Shown piece by piece: positions 1 through 12,130 of a DNA stretch of 64,000 nucleotides. Position numbers and translations under genes: made by a program. Within the stretch, counting starts at the first letter, position 1; every line of letters starts with the position of its first letter. The notes under the pieces were generated by a model. That model saw only the letters and a program-made list of their open reading frames with translations. It was not told where the DNA came from and made no database searches. This stretch comes from an uncultured Acidobacteriota bacterium (lineage in GTDB: Bacteria; Acidobacteriota; Thermoanaerobaculia; UBA5066; Gp7-AA6). Location of the stretch: the NCBI GenBank assembly GCA_963708395.1, contig CAVPSG010000001.1, positions 271,434-335,433 of the forward strand, in the 5' to 3' direction.

Positions 1-192
1 ACGCCGGGTTCTCGAGCACCGAGCGGAAGTTCGCGAGGCCGACGAAGTGGTAGCCGACCGAGCCCGACCTTCACGTCTCCCACGGCGTAGAAAAAGGCGA
101 GGACGAACGGGACGCCCACGAGGCGCGAGGACGTAGACGATCGCCGGAAGCAGCATCGCCGGGCCCGAGCCAGCGCTGGCGGCCGCGAGCGC

Positions 193-196
<4 letters not shown>
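1..196 (-). pseudogene. ABC sugar-type transporter permease, N-terminal fragment (continues past window start; at least 3 frameshifts in 200 nt)
   Basis: Reverse-strand translation hops between frames: MSA.. / [10 protein letters not shown] / [19 protein letters not shown] / [19 protein letters not shown]. This is a MalF/UgpA-like N-terminus. ATG at 196-194 overlaps the stop of the upstream ATPase (ATGA). Confidence 0.4.
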
Positions 197-1260
<1,064 letters not shown>

Positions 1261-1271
1261 TCGGGGGGACT

Positions 1272-2613
1272 CTACTTCCACTTGTCGAAGATGCGCTTGA
1301 TCTCCTTCTCGGCCGCGCGCGCGGACGTCCTCCGGGGTCATCACGTCCTGCGCGGCCTTGGCGAACATCGTCGGGAAGACGAACGTGTTGAACACCTCGT
1401 CGATGGCGGCGGTCGCGTAGCCGGGGTAGCCGACGTTGGTCGCCCAGTCGAGGACGTTCGCGAGAACCTTGTACTTGTCGGGGGGCACCGCCTTCGGATC
1501 GTTGGCGAGCTGTTGCGCGAGGTCGGGAACGGTCTGCGGGAAGCAGGGGAAGTTGTAGAACTCGCTCGCCTTGAACGCCGCGCGCGAAGTCGTCGACGTA
1601 GTCGATCAGGAACTGCTTGGCGCCGTCCTTGTTCTCGGCGAAGTCCCAGATCACGTAGCAATCCATGACGTGCTCGGAGGCGATGCGGCGCACCGGGCCC
1701 TTTCAGGGCCGGGCGTCAGCTGGATCGCCTTGGACATCTCGGGATTGTCCTTCTCCGCGGCGCGCGTGACGGAGATCGCGTTGTCCACGAAGGAGAGCTT
1801 GCCCGCGAGGATGCCGCGGTTGTTGGACGACGGATCCCAGGTGAAGACTTCGGGCGTCATCGTCTCCTTGAAGAGCGCCTTCATGAACTTGATCGCTTCG
1901 ATCGTCTCCTTCGAGTAGATCGTGACGTTGCCGGCGGCGTCCTGCTCGGCGCCGCCGAAGGACCAGAGCAGCGCGCGCATCGCCATGTTCGTGTCGAGCT
2001 CCTGCGAGAGTCCGACTCCGACGGGATTGCCGAACTGGTCCTTGATCTTCTTGCCGCCGACGCGCAGGTCTTCCCACGAGTCCGGCCCGTTGGGGAAGCC
2101 GACCTTGGACCAGAGGTCCTTGCGGTAGTTGCCGGGGTCGGGGACGTAGGAGTCCGAGAAGGCGAAGTACTTCTTCGTCTTCGGGTTGTAGGGTCGAGCG
2201 CTCCGCCAGCGGAATCATCTTGCCGTGCTTCTTCTCGACCGTCTCGTAGATCTCGCGGTGGTCGATGACCTGCTTCTCGTAGGCCGCCGGGGGCGAGAGG
2301 AACATGAAGAGGTCGTGCCCCTTCCTCGCGGCGACTTCGGCGGCGGCGCGCGCGTTGATCTCGCCGATCGCGATGTGGTCGACGACGACCTCGGTGCCGT
2401 GCTTCTGCTCCCCATTCCTTGGTGAAGACCCCGTCGAACCACTTGTCGTAGCCCGGGCACGAAGTGGCTCCACTGGATGATCTTCAGTGTCTTCTGCTCG
2501 GCGGCGGCCCGGCCGGGAAAGAGAAAGGCCGGGGCGCCGGCGGCGAGCGCGCCGGCCCCGGCGAGCTTTCCGAACTGTCGCCGCGTCAGGCCCCGATGAC
2601 GTCCTCGAGCCAT
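1272..2613 (-). pseudogene. ABC transporter extracellular solute-binding protein with Tat signal, multiply frameshifted
   Basis: ORF fragments 2215..2613 (MARGRHRGLTRRQFGKLAGAGALAAGAPAF, twin-Arg signal), 1703..2473, 1651..1986 and 1234..1488 join into one SBP. The corrected C-terminus ..AAEKEIKRIFDKWK stops at TAG 1274-1272, 11 nt before the ATPase ATG. Confidence 0.75.
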
Positions 2614-2632
2614 GCCGTCCTCCTTTCGGGCG

Positions 2633-2653
2633 GGGGCGAAGCGGTCTCGCCCC
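2633..2653 (-). terminator. GC-rich hairpin 10 nt after the MFS stop codon (no U tract)
   Basis: GGGGCGA-agcggtc-TCGCCCC, a 7-bp stem. It sits between the MFS stop (2663) and the SBP start/RBS (2613-2628). Confidence 0.35.
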
Positions 2654-2662
2654 GTCCGGTGA

Positions 2663-4273
2663 TCAAAAGTCGTGACTGATGTCCCGGTCCTTCGTTTCGC
2701 GGATGAAGAGGCTGCCGATCACGAAGCTCATGAGCGCGACGATGATCGGGTACCAGAGACCCGCGTAGATGTTGCCTTTCGAGGCGACCATGGCCGTTGC
2801 GACCAGGGGGAGCATTCCGCCGAACCACCCGTTTCCGATGTGATACGGCAGGGACATCGACGTGTACCGGATCCGCGTCGGGAAGAGCTCGACCAGGAAG
2901 GCGGCGATCGGCCCGTAGACCATCGTGACGTAGATGACCATGATGACGAGGATCAGCAGGGTCATCCCCCAGTTGATCGCCGACTTGTCGATCGTGCTGG
3001 GATAATTGGTCGTCTTCAGGGCATCCTTGTACTTGCCCTCGTCCCAGCCTTTCAGCTCGACGTCGCCGATCTTCGTGACGACCGTCTCTCCCGACACCGC
3101 CGGCAGATCGGTGAAGGAGAGACCTCCCTTCGTGAGGAAGTCCTTCGCCTTGTCGCAATCGGAGTATCGGGTCTTCGGTGTCGGGAAGATGTGCATCGAG
3201 CAGTCGGAGGCCGCGACGCTGATCGGCGTGCTTTTGACGTAGCTCTCGAGTGCAGGATTGACGTAGTGCGTCATGGCGCGGAAGAGCGGGACATAGGTGA
3301 GCGCCGCGATCAGACAGCCGGCCATGATGATCCACTTGCGGCCGATTCGGTCCGAAAGCCATCCGAAGAAGATGAAGAAGGGCGTGCCGATGACGAGCGA
3401 GAGGCCGATCAGGTAATACGTCGTCAGATAGTCGACCTTCAGATAGAGAGTCAGGAAGAAGAGCGCGTAGAACTGACCCGTGTACCAGACGACGCCCTGG
3501 CCGGCGGTCGCGCCGAAGAGCGCGAGCAGCACGATCTTCAGATTCGGCCAGCGCGCGAAGCTGTCCGTCAGGGGGGCCTTGGACCCCTTCCCCTGAGATT
3601 TCATCGCGCGGAAGACCGGCGATTCCTGCAGCTTCAACCGGATGTAGACCGAGAAGGCGAGCAGGACGACCGAGAGGAGGAAGGGGATCCGCCATCCCCA
3701 GCTCTTGAACGTATCGGCGGACATCTTCACGCGGAAGACGCCGATGACGATCAGGGCGAGGAGAAGGCCGAGAGTGGCCGTCGTCTGGATCCATGCCGTG
3801 TTGTATCCGCGCTTGCGGTGGGCCGAGTGCTCGGCGACGTATGTCGCGGCGCCACCGTACTCGCCTCCGAGGGCGAGTCCCTGGAGGAGGCGCAGGGCGA
3901 CGAGGAGGATCGGTGCGGCGAACCCGATTTTCGCGTAGGTCGGCAGGAGGCCGACGGCGGCCGTGGAAGCGCCCATGACCACGATGGTCACCAGGAACGT
4001 GTACTTCCGCCCGACGAGATCGCCGATCCGGCCGAAGACCAGGGCGCCGAAGGGGCGGACGAGGAACCCGGCCGCGTACGCGACGAAGGACGAGAGCAGC
4101 GCCGCCGTGGCGTTTCCCGGCGGAAAGAACAGCGCGGCGAAGAACGGGGCGAGCGTCGCGTAGAGATAGAAGTCGTACCACTCGAAGACGGTGCCGAGGG
4201 ACGAAGCGAAGATGACCCTTCGTTCCTCCTTCACCTCGATCGGGCTCAGCGTATCGGTGGTTGCCGTCGCCAT
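2663..4273 (-). CDS. MFS transporter, metabolite:H+ symporter (MHS)-like, with a hydrophilic insert of about 100 aa
   Basis: ORF 2663..4333. I place the start at ATG 4273 (MATATTDTL..) because GGAGGA lies just upstream. Motifs GRIGDLVGRKYTF and LGGEYGGAATYVAEH, plus many hydrophobic segments. Confidence 0.85.
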   Translation of the reverse strand: MATATTDTLSPIEVKEERRVIFASSLGTVFEWYDFYLYATLAPFFAALFFPPGNATAALLSSFVAYAAGFLVRPFGALVFGRIGDLVGRKYTFLVTIVVMGASTAAVGLLPTYAKIGFAAPILLVALRLLQGLALGGEYGGAATYVAEHSAHRKRGYNTAWIQTTATLGLLLALIVIGVFRVKMSADTFKSWGWRIPFLLSVVLLAFSVYIRLKLQESPVFRAMKSQGKGSKAPLTDSFARWPNLKIVLLALFGATAGQGVVWYTGQFYALFFLTLYLKVDYLTTYYLIGLSLVIGTPFFIFFGWLSDRIGRKWIIMAGCLIAALTYVPLFRAMTHYVNPALESYVKSTPISVAASDCSMHIFPTPKTRYSDCDKAKDFLTKGGLSFTDLPAVSGETVVTKIGDVELKGWDEGKYKDALKTTNYPSTIDKSAINWGMTLLILVIMVIYVTMVYGPIAAFLVELFPTRIRYTSMSLPYHIGNGWFGGMLPLVATAMVASKGNIYAGLWYPIIVALMSFVIGSLFIRETKDRDISHDF

Positions 4274-4316
4274 CAGTTTCCTCCTTCCGGAATCCGAAGC
4301 CGTTACGGACTCGTCA

Positions 4317-4340
4317 GAAAAGCGGCGGTGCACGCCGCCG
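4317..4340 (-). promoter_or_regulatory. Terminator-like hairpin inside the 5' leader of the MFS gene (possible attenuator)
   Basis: The minus strand reads CGGCGG-cgtgca-CCGCCG followed by CTTTTCTG, about 45 nt upstream of the ATG. A TTGACA box lies about 150 nt further upstream. Confidence 0.25.
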
Positions 4341-4580
4341 ATCGCAGGATTGGTTCGAGAGGTCGCGCGCGGCGCCCACGGCGGCGGATGGCGGCCGGGC
4401 GCTCTCGGCGAGGAAACCCGTGTTGGTCGGGAGACACATCGATCCGTCTTGGGCGAAGTCTTTCAGAGCGGCCGTCGATGTCAAGTGGAAGAAGAAAAAA
4501 TCGAACGTCGGTCGCGGGGGTCTTCTCATCGCCTTAATGTCCCCGGTCCGGCCGTTTCGCCTCGAAAGCCAAGGGAGCCG

Positions 4581-5987
4581 CTAGTCGACCGACGCTTCCG
4601 AAGCCTTCACCACGGTCACGGTGCAATCCGCCTGCGCCACGACCTGGGACGATACGCTGCCGAGATAACGCCGCAGGGTCGAGCTACCGCGCGAACCGAC
4701 GACAATCTGCTCGGCCCGGTTGGCTGCGGCGAAATCCAGGATCGCGGCCCCGGGGTCCGGCGCCTCGAGCGCGTGAAAGGTCGTGCGGCTCACCGGCAGC
4801 CCCAGCGGGCGGGCCCAGCGCTCGAGCTCGACGAGCCGCCGGACGTGCAGGTTCCGCCCCTCCTCGTCCACCAGGGTGTCCATTCCGATCCGGTGCGTCT
4901 TGAGCACGGTGACGCAGGCGAGTCGCACCCCCGGTCGGAGGATCTGTCCGATCGCGGCGCGCATGGCGGCGTCGAGGGCTTCCGAGGGGTGGGCGAGGTC
5001 GATCGCCGCGACCACCAGCGGCTCTCGGTTCTTCGCTCTCGGCCTGGCGCCGGGGGCGCCGGCCTCCCCGAGCGATCGCATGTAACGCGCAGCGACTGTC
5101 CAGAATGGATCGCGGGCTTCACGCCGGCCGCGGGCGGTCGGAGGAACCCGCTCCGGCTCCCGAAGCGCCGCCGCCACATCTTCCGCGCTCGCAAAGCGGG
5201 CCGAAGGATCCACCTCGAGACAGCGAAGGACGATCTCCTGCAACCCGGGCGGATAGTTCGGGTCGGACATCCGGGGGGGCGGGGGGTCGCGATAGAAACG
5301 TCGCCGGAGGCCGCGCACGGTCGTCGGGTTGCCGAAGGGACGCCTTCCGGTCGAAAGCAGATACAACGAGACGCCGAGCGCGAAGAGGTCGCTTCGGGGG
5401 TCATCCCGAATCCGGAGGATCTGCTCGGGGGAGATGTAAGGGCCGGTGCCGATCGGGGTCCTCAGCTCCTCCGCGAGGAGGTCCGGGAGGTCCCGATGAC
5501 GGGAGGTGCCGAAGTCGACCAGGACGGCTTCTCCGGTCTCGCGGAACAGGATGTTGCTCGGCTTGACATCCAGGTGGATGACGTGTTGGCGGTGGATGTC
5601 GGCGAGCGCCGTGGCCACTCGCGCGCCGATCGCCGCCACTTCGGCGGGTGGGAGAGGCGTCGCGGTCAGGCGCGCGCGGAGCGACGGAAGCGCAAGGTAT
5701 TCCATCACGATGAAGGGTTCCGTCGAGAAGCCCTCGGAGGCGACGAACCGCGGAACGTGCAAGCCCGTCAGGAGGGGGAGGATTTGAGCCTCGACCTCGA
5801 AGCCGACGATCGCCGCCGGATCGTCGAACTCCCGGAGAAGGGGAATCTTCATGACGAGAGGCGTGCCTGGCGAAGACGAGGCGGTGACCCGCCAAATGTT
5901 CGACATGCGCCCGCGATGGAGAATCTCCTCGAGCCGGAATCCTCCGACGACCGCCCCCGGTTGGAAATGGCGGTAGCCTCCGGTCAC
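4581..5987 (-). CDS. Ser/Thr protein kinase fused to a C-terminal universal stress protein (UspA) domain
   Basis: ORF 4581..5987. GTG start preceded by GAGGGAG. Kinase motifs [17 protein letters not shown] and [13 protein letters not shown]-like tail ..[33 protein letters not shown]. Confidence 0.85.
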   Translation of the reverse strand: MTGGYRHFQPGAVVGGFRLEEILHRGRMSNIWRVTASSSPGTPLVMKIPLLREFDDPAAIVGFEVEAQILPLLTGLHVPRFVASEGFSTEPFIVMEYLALPSLRARLTATPLPPAEVAAIGARVATALADIHRQHVIHLDVKPSNILFRETGEAVLVDFGTSRHRDLPDLLAEELRTPIGTGPYISPEQILRIRDDPRSDLFALGVSLYLLSTGRRPFGNPTTVRGLRRRFYRDPPPPRMSDPNYPPGLQEIVLRCLEVDPSARFASAEDVAAALREPERVPPTARGRREARDPFWTVAARYMRSLGEAGAPGARPRAKNREPLVVAAIDLAHPSEALDAAMRAAIGQILRPGVRLACVTVLKTHRIGMDTLVDEEGRNLHVRRLVELERWARPLGLPVSRTTFHALEAPDPGAAILDFAAANRAEQIVVGSRGSSTLRRYLGSVSSQVVAQADCTVTVVKASEASVD

Positions 5988-6088
5988 GGTTCTCCCTCTT
6001 CGCGCGCGATCGCTGCGACGATGTTAGTCCACCGGCCGCGTGGTTCCGACGCTCGTCTGCAATAAGATCCGAGGGAGTCGCTTCGCGA

Positions 6089-8071
6089 ATGGGGGACGAC
6101 ATGCCTGCCGACCAGAGCAAGACGATCGAAGCCCTCCTCCAGGAGAATCGCGCGTTCCGGCCCCCGAAGGCCTTCGCCGCTCGGGCCCACGTCAAGAACG
6201 CGTCGATCTACCGTCGGGCCGACCGGAACTTCGAGAAGTTCTGGGCGGATTTCGCGCGCGAGCTCGTCTGGATGCGGCCCTGGAAGAAGGTCCTCGACTG
6301 GAAGCCACCGAAGGTGAAGTGGTTCGTGGGCGGCAAGCTGAACGCGTCCGTGAACTGCGTCGACCGGCACGTCTCGGGGCCTCGGCGGAACAAGGCCGCG
6401 CTCATCTGGGAAGGGGAGCCCGGCGACCAGCGGGTCCTGACGTATCGCGAGCTGCATCGCGAGGTCCAGAAGTTCGCCAACGTCATGAAGAAGCTCGGAA
6501 TCGCGAAGGGTGATCGTGTGACGCTCTACCTTCCGATGATTCCGGAGCTGCCGATCGCCATGCTGGCGTGCGCGCGCATCGGCGCGATCCATTCGGTCGT
6601 GTTCGGCGGGTTCTCGGCCGAGTCGCTGCGAGACCGGATCAACGATCAGGGCGCCCGCCTTCTCGTGACCGCGGACGGCGGCTGGCGGCGCGGGAAGGAG
6701 GTTCCGCTCAAGAGGATTTCCGACGAGGCCCTGGGGGCGGCGCCTTCGATCGAGCACGTCGTCGTCGTGAAGCGGACCGGATCATCCATCGGATGGAAGG
6801 ACGGACGCGACCTCTGGTGGGCGGATCTGATGGCCACGGCTCCGGCGACGTGTCCTCCGGAGATGATGGACGCCGAGGACCCCTTGTACATCCTCTACAC
6901 CTCCGGCACGACGGGCAAGCCCAAGGGGATCCTTCACACGACCGGCGGCTATCTCGTCGGGACGTACGCGACCTCGAAATGGGTCTTCGACCTGAAGGAC
7001 GAGGACGTGTACTGGTGCACGGCGGACATCGGCTGGGTGACCGGACACTCCTACGTCGTTTACGGTCCGCTCGCCAACGGCGCGACTTGCCTGATCTACG
7101 AGGGCGCTCCCGACACGCCCGGGCGGGATCGCTTCTGGGACCTCGTCGAGCGCCACGGGGTCACGATCCTGTACACCGCGCCGACGGCGATCCGCGCGTT
7201 CATGAAGTGGGGGACGGAATGGCCGGCCCGGCACGACCTGTCGTCGCTGCGCCTGCTCGGCAGCGTCGGTGAGCCGATCAACCCCGAGGCGTGGATCTGG
7301 TACCACGAGAACATCGGGGGGCGGCGCTGCCCGATCGTCGACACGTGGTGGCAGACCGAGACCGGGATGATCATGATCACGCCGCTGCCCGGCGTGACGA
7401 CCACGCGCCCCGGATCCGCCACCGTCCCGTTCCCCGGGGTCGAGGCGAAGGTCCTGTCGCAGGAAGGGAAGGAAGTAAAGGTCGGCGGCGGCTATCTCGC
7501 GATCACCCGTCCCTGGCCGGCGATGCTGCGGACGATCTGGGGAGACGATCAGCGGTACGTGGAGACCTACTGGTCCAGGTGGAATCGGGAGACCTATTTC
7601 CCCGGCGACGGCGCGAAGCGGGACAAGAAGGGTTACTTCTGGCTGCTCGGCCGCGTGGACGACGTCATGAACGTCGCCGGCCATCGCATCGGCACGATGG
7701 AGGTCGAGTCGGCGCTCGTGGATCACCCGGCGGTCGCCGAGGCGGCCGTCGTCGGCGTGGCCGACGACCTCAAGGGGACCGCGATCGCGGCCTTCGTGAT
7801 CCTCAAGGAGAAGGGGAAGGCCGGAGCGGCGAAGAGAGAGGATGGCCTGCTCGCCCAGCTCTCCGCGCACGTCGCGAAGAAGATCGGAGCGCTCGCGCGC
7901 CCCGACAAGATCTTCTTCACGGCGGACCTCCCGAAGACACGTTCGGGAAAGATCATGCGTCGCCTGCTGCGCGACATCGCCGAGGGCCGCGTGCTCGGGG
8001 ACACGACGACGCTCGCCGACCCGACGGTGGTCGAGTCCCTCAAGGCCCAGTACGAAGAGAAGGAGAGCTGA
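6089..8071 (+). CDS. acs: Acetyl-CoA synthetase (AMP-forming)
   Basis: 660-aa ORF with [18 protein letters not shown] and [17 protein letters not shown]. Full Acs architecture. Confidence 0.95.
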   Translation: MGDDMPADQSKTIEALLQENRAFRPPKAFAARAHVKNASIYRRADRNFEKFWADFARELVWMRPWKKVLDWKPPKVKWFVGGKLNASVNCVDRHVSGPRRNKAALIWEGEPGDQRVLTYRELHREVQKFANVMKKLGIAKGDRVTLYLPMIPELPIAMLACARIGAIHSVVFGGFSAESLRDRINDQGARLLVTADGGWRRGKEVPLKRISDEALGAAPSIEHVVVVKRTGSSIGWKDGRDLWWADLMATAPATCPPEMMDAEDPLYILYTSGTTGKPKGILHTTGGYLVGTYATSKWVFDLKDEDVYWCTADIGWVTGHSYVVYGPLANGATCLIYEGAPDTPGRDRFWDLVERHGVTILYTAPTAIRAFMKWGTEWPARHDLSSLRLLGSVGEPINPEAWIWYHENIGGRRCPIVDTWWQTETGMIMITPLPGVTTTRPGSATVPFPGVEAKVLSQEGKEVKVGGGYLAITRPWPAMLRTIWGDDQRYVETYWSRWNRETYFPGDGAKRDKKGYFWLLGRVDDVMNVAGHRIGTMEVESALVDHPAVAEAAVVGVADDLKGTAIAAFVILKEKGKAGAAKREDGLLAQLSAHVAKKIGALARPDKIFFTADLPKTRSGKIMRRLLRDIAEGRVLGDTTTLADPTVVESLKAQYEEKES

Positions 8072-8111
8072 CCCGGGTTCCACGCCGACCCGCGCCTCCA
8101 TCGGTCTTACA

Positions 8112-9287
8112 ATGGCCCCGGTGACTAATCTCGAGTCGGTCCTCGACGCGCGCACCCTGGCGCGCCTGGATCGCTGGCGGAAAGCGCGGGCGCTCTTCCT
8201 TCGTCCCGACACGACCACCGCCGAGCGGGCGCTCTCCGACATCCTGGAAAAGCGGTGGCTGCGGGCGCAGGTCTACGGGCGGGCCCGCCGCGTGCTCGTC
8301 GAGCGCATTCCGCTTCTGCTGCCGGAGCTCCTCCAGAAGCTCGGCCCGGCGGCGGAGCAGGTGCGGGTGTCGCCGGAGGACGTCAACCAGACGAAGTGGG
8401 ACGCGATCGGAAATCTCATGCCTCTGCCCCTGGCGTGTCGCCAGGTGCGGGCACTCTGGCTTCTCGACGTCTTGCGGTCGGGCAGCATCTACGTCGAGTT
8501 CCAGCCGATCTTCGACCTCCGCCAGGGAGAGCCGCTCGGCTACGAAGGTCTCCTGCGCGCGCAGTCCCCCGACGGCACGCGGCATCTCGCAGCGGAGGTA
8601 TTCCCGGCGGCGGTCGTCCTCGGGATCGAGGCGCCGTTCGAGCGGCTCTCCTGGATCTCGGTTCTCGACGCGGCCAAACGGCTTCCGTCGGAAGCGATGA
8701 TCTTCCTGAACGTGAATCCCGAGCTCCTGACCGGGCCCGACTCCTCCCTCGCGCGCCTCGGTGAGGAAGCCGAGCGGATGGAGCTTCCGTATGCGCGCCT
8801 CGCGCTCGACCTCGTCGAGATCGAGCGGATGCAGTCGTTGGAGCTGCTCGAGAAGGCGCTCGCCGTTCCCCACGACCTCGGCGTCGCGATCGCCCTCGAC
8901 GACGTGACATCGGGTTACGGCATGCTCAAGTACTGCTCGGGCCTCGCGCCGCGCTGGATCAAGGTGGACAGCGAGATCACGCGCAGCATCCGGGGCGACG
9001 CGCAGCGGCGAGCGATTTTGCAACTGCTGGCTCAGGTCGCGCGCGAGGCGGGCGTCGGACTCATTGCGGAGGGCATCGAGTTCTCCGACGACCTCGACGT
9101 TTGCGTCGAGGAAGGGGTCTTCGCGGCCCAGGGCTACTTCCTGGCCCGCCCGGGAGCCGGCGTGCCCGAGCCGACGGAGGAGTTCCGGACGTGGCTCGCC
9201 GCGCGCCGCAGGGCCGGGGAGCCGAAGTCCCCGCCGGTGCCGCCCGGCAAAACGACCAAGCCGGCCGAGCCCGCCGACGAACTCTGA
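8112..9287 (+). CDS. EAL-domain protein (putative c-di-GMP phosphodiesterase) with an unassigned N-terminal domain
   Basis: Frame of ORF 7842..9287. ATG 8112 (MAPVTNLE..) lies 40 nt after the acs stop. Motifs YEGLLR, NVNP, DDVTSGYG, KVDSEI, EGIE and QGYFLARP. Confidence 0.85.
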   Translation: MAPVTNLESVLDARTLARLDRWRKARALFLRPDTTTAERALSDILEKRWLRAQVYGRARRVLVERIPLLLPELLQKLGPAAEQVRVSPEDVNQTKWDAIGNLMPLPLACRQVRALWLLDVLRSGSIYVEFQPIFDLRQGEPLGYEGLLRAQSPDGTRHLAAEVFPAAVVLGIEAPFERLSWISVLDAAKRLPSEAMIFLNVNPELLTGPDSSLARLGEEAERMELPYARLALDLVEIERMQSLELLEKALAVPHDLGVAIALDDVTSGYGMLKYCSGLAPRWIKVDSEITRSIRGDAQRRAILQLLAQVAREAGVGLIAEGIEFSDDLDVCVEEGVFAAQGYFLARPGAGVPEPTEEFRTWLAARRRAGEPKSPPVPPGKTTKPAEPADEL

Positions 9288-9348
9288 CGGCCCGCGGGAG
9301 AGGCGCCTGGTTCCGCCGGAGTCTCCGCCCGAATCCGTTCGCCTGGAC

Positions 9349-9702
9349 GTGTGGCTCGACGTGGCCTGCGTCCTTCCGACGCGGTCGCAGGCGAAGCTCG
9401 CCTGCGAGGGCGGCAAAGTGGACGTGAACGGCGAGCGCGCGCGCGCGCATCGGCAAATTCGCGCCGGCGACCGGATCGGCGTGACCGCGCCGGGCGGCCG
9501 CCGCGAGCTCGTCGTGCGGGGCCTCGCCGAGCGTTCCATCCCCCGGCGCGAGGCGCGCGCTCTCTACGAGGACGTGACCCCGCCGCCGTCCGCCGAGCAG
9601 ATCGAGGTGCGCCGGCTCGACCGGATGCTCGCGCCGCGGCGGGACGAGGGCCGGCCGGACAAACGCGAACGCCGCGCGCGCCGCAAGCGCAAGGGCTGGT
9701 AG
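9349..9702 (+). CDS. S4-domain RNA-binding protein (Hsp15-like)
   Basis: Frame of ORF 9064..9702. RLDVWLDVACVLPTRSQAKLACEGGKVDVNG matches the S4/Hsp15 N-terminus. There is no ATG; the nearest start is GTG 9349 (CTG 9307/9343 are alternatives). Basic tail. Confidence 0.65.
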   Translation: MWLDVACVLPTRSQAKLACEGGKVDVNGERARAHRQIRAGDRIGVTAPGGRRELVVRGLAERSIPRREARALYEDVTPPPSAEQIEVRRLDRMLAPRRDEGRPDKRERRARRKRKGW

Positions 9703-9715
9703 AGGGAGTGAGTCC

Positions 9716-11797
9716 CTAGGGCCGGGAAGGGGGGCTCGAGCCGGGCGGCTTCGCCTCGGCCACGGCCTCGGGATTGCGCGGCGCGGCGAAGAGAGAGCGG
9801 TAGAGGCGGTCCTGATACTGCACCCAGGCCGTCAGACGCTGCCCCGCGAGGCGGGCCTTGTCCGGCATCCGATCGGCGAGGTCGTGCAGCTGCCGCGGAT
9901 CTTTTTGCATGTCGTAGACCTCGAAGCGGTCCTGCCAGACGTTGTCGATGTAGTAGAGGCCGCCTTCCCGGAAGCCCAGGTAGTAGTTGGAGTGGGGCGC
10001 GAAGAAGTAAGTCCTTCCGGTGCGGTCGGCGCGGTAGAGGCTGCGGCCCTGCCAGACGGCCGGTGGCGGCTGCTCGAGCAGATCGAGGACCGTCGGCGCG
10101 ACGTCGATGAGGCCTCCCACCGTCGGGAGCCGCTCTCCGTGGAAGCGATCCCCTTGGATGAGCATGAGCGGGACGTGCACGTCCTCCTCGTAGATCTTGG
10201 AGCCGTGGCTCCGGTGCCCGTGCGCGCCGAACGACTCTCCGTGGTCTCCCACGACGACCACGAGCGTCGACTCGGCCAGACCGGTCTCCTCGAGGGTGCG
10301 GAGAAGCCGGCCCACGGCCTCGTCGTCGTGGCGTAGGGCGTTCAGGTAGCGGTTGCGGATCTCGTCGTCGGCGTCGAGGACGAGGCTGGGCTGCGGCGGA
10401 AAGTAAGGGAGATGCGTCATCATCGTCCAGTACATCCCGAAGAAAGGCCGGTCGGATGGCTCGCGGATCCAGTCGAGTAGGGCGTCCATGGTGCAGGCGT
10501 CGTCCACCCCGTCGAGATACGTCTCCCATGGACTGTTGTGGTCGAGCAGCGCGGGCCCTCTGCAGTGGATGTCCTTGTACCCGCGGACGCGATCGAATCT
10601 CCGATGCGCGAGGAAGTTTCCGATGCCGGCATAGCGCAGGTCGGCAGAGTTGAAAAAGCCGTGCGGTATCCCTGCCCCGCGAGCTCGGAGGACAGGGACG
10701 GAGAAGGCGATCGCCGGATGCTCGCGGGTCACGGATCGGTACGAGAGCCAGGGATAAAGCGAGAGGAGGAGCGAGACGATGGAGCTCTCCGTCGCCGGGC
10801 AGTGGGCATAGATGTTGTCAAAGACCGCCGCGTGCTCGGCGGCGCGCGTGAGCTCCGGCGTGACGGCCGGCGAACCGCCGTAGGGCCCGAGCTGATCGGC
10901 CGGCATGGTCTCGAGCACGACGAGGAGCACGTTGCGGGGCGGTCGAGTCCCGGACGCCCGCGCCGCCCGTGCGCCGGGCGGCGGGGGAGACGGCGTGAAG
11001 TCTTCGGGACCCACCATCGTCTGTGCATCGAGGAACGAATTGATACGCGGCGCGCGGATGACCGAGGAAGCGAAGGCCACGACCGGATTCTCGATATGGG
11101 CGCGGTTCCAGCCCGCTCCGGCCCGAGCGAAGTATGCTCCCGCGGCGAGAACGTAGGCGGCGAGCACGGCCAGCGCCCAGCGTCTGCCCGACCGGGAGAC
11201 GCCGCGCAGGACGGTCTGGAAGATCCAGACCGCAATGAAAAAACCGGCCAGCGTGGCGACCCAGAGAGCCACGAGATCGACGCTCAAGAACCAGCGGATC
11301 GCATTCTTGGCTTCCTGGCCCTGGAGAAAGTCCGAGTAGTAGAGCCACTGGTACGTGAAGGGCCGGTCGAAGATCGGAACGACCTCGCGATTGAGCAGCG
11401 CCGCGAGCACGGAGAACGTCGCCACGGCGAGCCAAACTCGCCCCGCCGCGCGCGATCCCTTCGTTCGCGCTCGCGCCCAGGCGTCCAACGCCAGGAAGGC
11501 GGCGGTCAGGACGACGACGTACAGGAGATCGTAAAAGCATGCGAGAAGGAGCCGACCTCCTCCGTGCAGCGCGCTGCCGTACATCCCGATGAGCTGCATG
11601 CGGAAAATCCCGAGGACGAGCAGGAGCGCGAGCCCGATCGCGAGGATTCGATCGCGCGAGGGCGAGGAGGGCGTCTCCGGGTCGGTCGATGTGCGCGTTT
11701 GCAACACTCCTCCGATGTGGGTTGGGGCTGCCGTCTTCCTGTGAGGGATGTGGTGAAGAATGTTAACACTGCCTGTACGTTCCCCGTTCACAAGCAC
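9716..11797 (-). CDS. Membrane-anchored sulfatase / LTA-synthase-family (alkaline-phosphatase fold) protein
   Basis: 693-aa ORF. N-terminal TM segments, then VLLVVLETMPADQLGPYG, CPATESS and VVVVGDHGESFGAHGH. Start (GTG 11797) is uncertain. Confidence 0.8.
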   Translation of the reverse strand: MLVNGERTGSVNILHHIPHRKTAAPTHIGGVLQTRTSTDPETPSSPSRDRILAIGLALLLVLGIFRMQLIGMYGSALHGGGRLLLACFYDLLYVVVLTAAFLALDAWARARTKGSRAAGRVWLAVATFSVLAALLNREVVPIFDRPFTYQWLYYSDFLQGQEAKNAIRWFLSVDLVALWVATLAGFFIAVWIFQTVLRGVSRSGRRWALAVLAAYVLAAGAYFARAGAGWNRAHIENPVVAFASSVIRAPRINSFLDAQTMVGPEDFTPSPPPPGARAARASGTRPPRNVLLVVLETMPADQLGPYGGSPAVTPELTRAAEHAAVFDNIYAHCPATESSIVSLLLSLYPWLSYRSVTREHPAIAFSVPVLRARGAGIPHGFFNSADLRYAGIGNFLAHRRFDRVRGYKDIHCRGPALLDHNSPWETYLDGVDDACTMDALLDWIREPSDRPFFGMYWTMMTHLPYFPPQPSLVLDADDEIRNRYLNALRHDDEAVGRLLRTLEETGLAESTLVVVVGDHGESFGAHGHRSHGSKIYEEDVHVPLMLIQGDRFHGERLPTVGGLIDVAPTVLDLLEQPPPAVWQGRSLYRADRTGRTYFFAPHSNYYLGFREGGLYYIDNVWQDRFEVYDMQKDPRQLHDLADRMPDKARLAGQRLTAWVQYQDRLYRSLFAAPRNPEAVAEAKPPGSSPPSRP

Positions 11798-11832
11798 TTA
11801 ACGCAGCCGTTCGCCGAAGTAGACTTGTCTTC

Positions 11833-12120
11833 ATGGATTTCGAGGTTCTCTGCCCCTGCTGCAACGCCCGGCTGAAGGTCGATGGAGACCTCAAGGCCGT
11901 CATCGATCACGAGGCGCCGAAGACGCCGCGGAAGTTCGCCTCGGTGGACGACGCCGTCGGCGCCCTGAAGACGCACGACGAAGAGCGCGAGAAGAAATTC
12001 GCGGCCTCCGTCGAGGCGGAGAAAACGAAGAAGGACGTGCTCAACCGCAAGTTCGAGGAGCTCTTCCAGAAGTCGAAGGGCGATGCCTCGAAGCCCGTTC
12101 GCGACATCGATCTGGACTGA
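11833..12120 (+). CDS. Small hypothetical protein with an N-terminal CPCC motif and a Lys/Glu-rich tail
   Basis: 95-aa ORF with high GC3. It lies 10 nt upstream of the next gene and is probably co-transcribed. Confidence 0.55.
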   Translation: MDFEVLCPCCNARLKVDGDLKAVIDHEAPKTPRKFASVDDAVGALKTHDEEREKKFAASVEAEKTKKDVLNRKFEELFQKSKGDASKPVRDIDLD

Positions 12121-12130
12121 GGCCCGGCCG

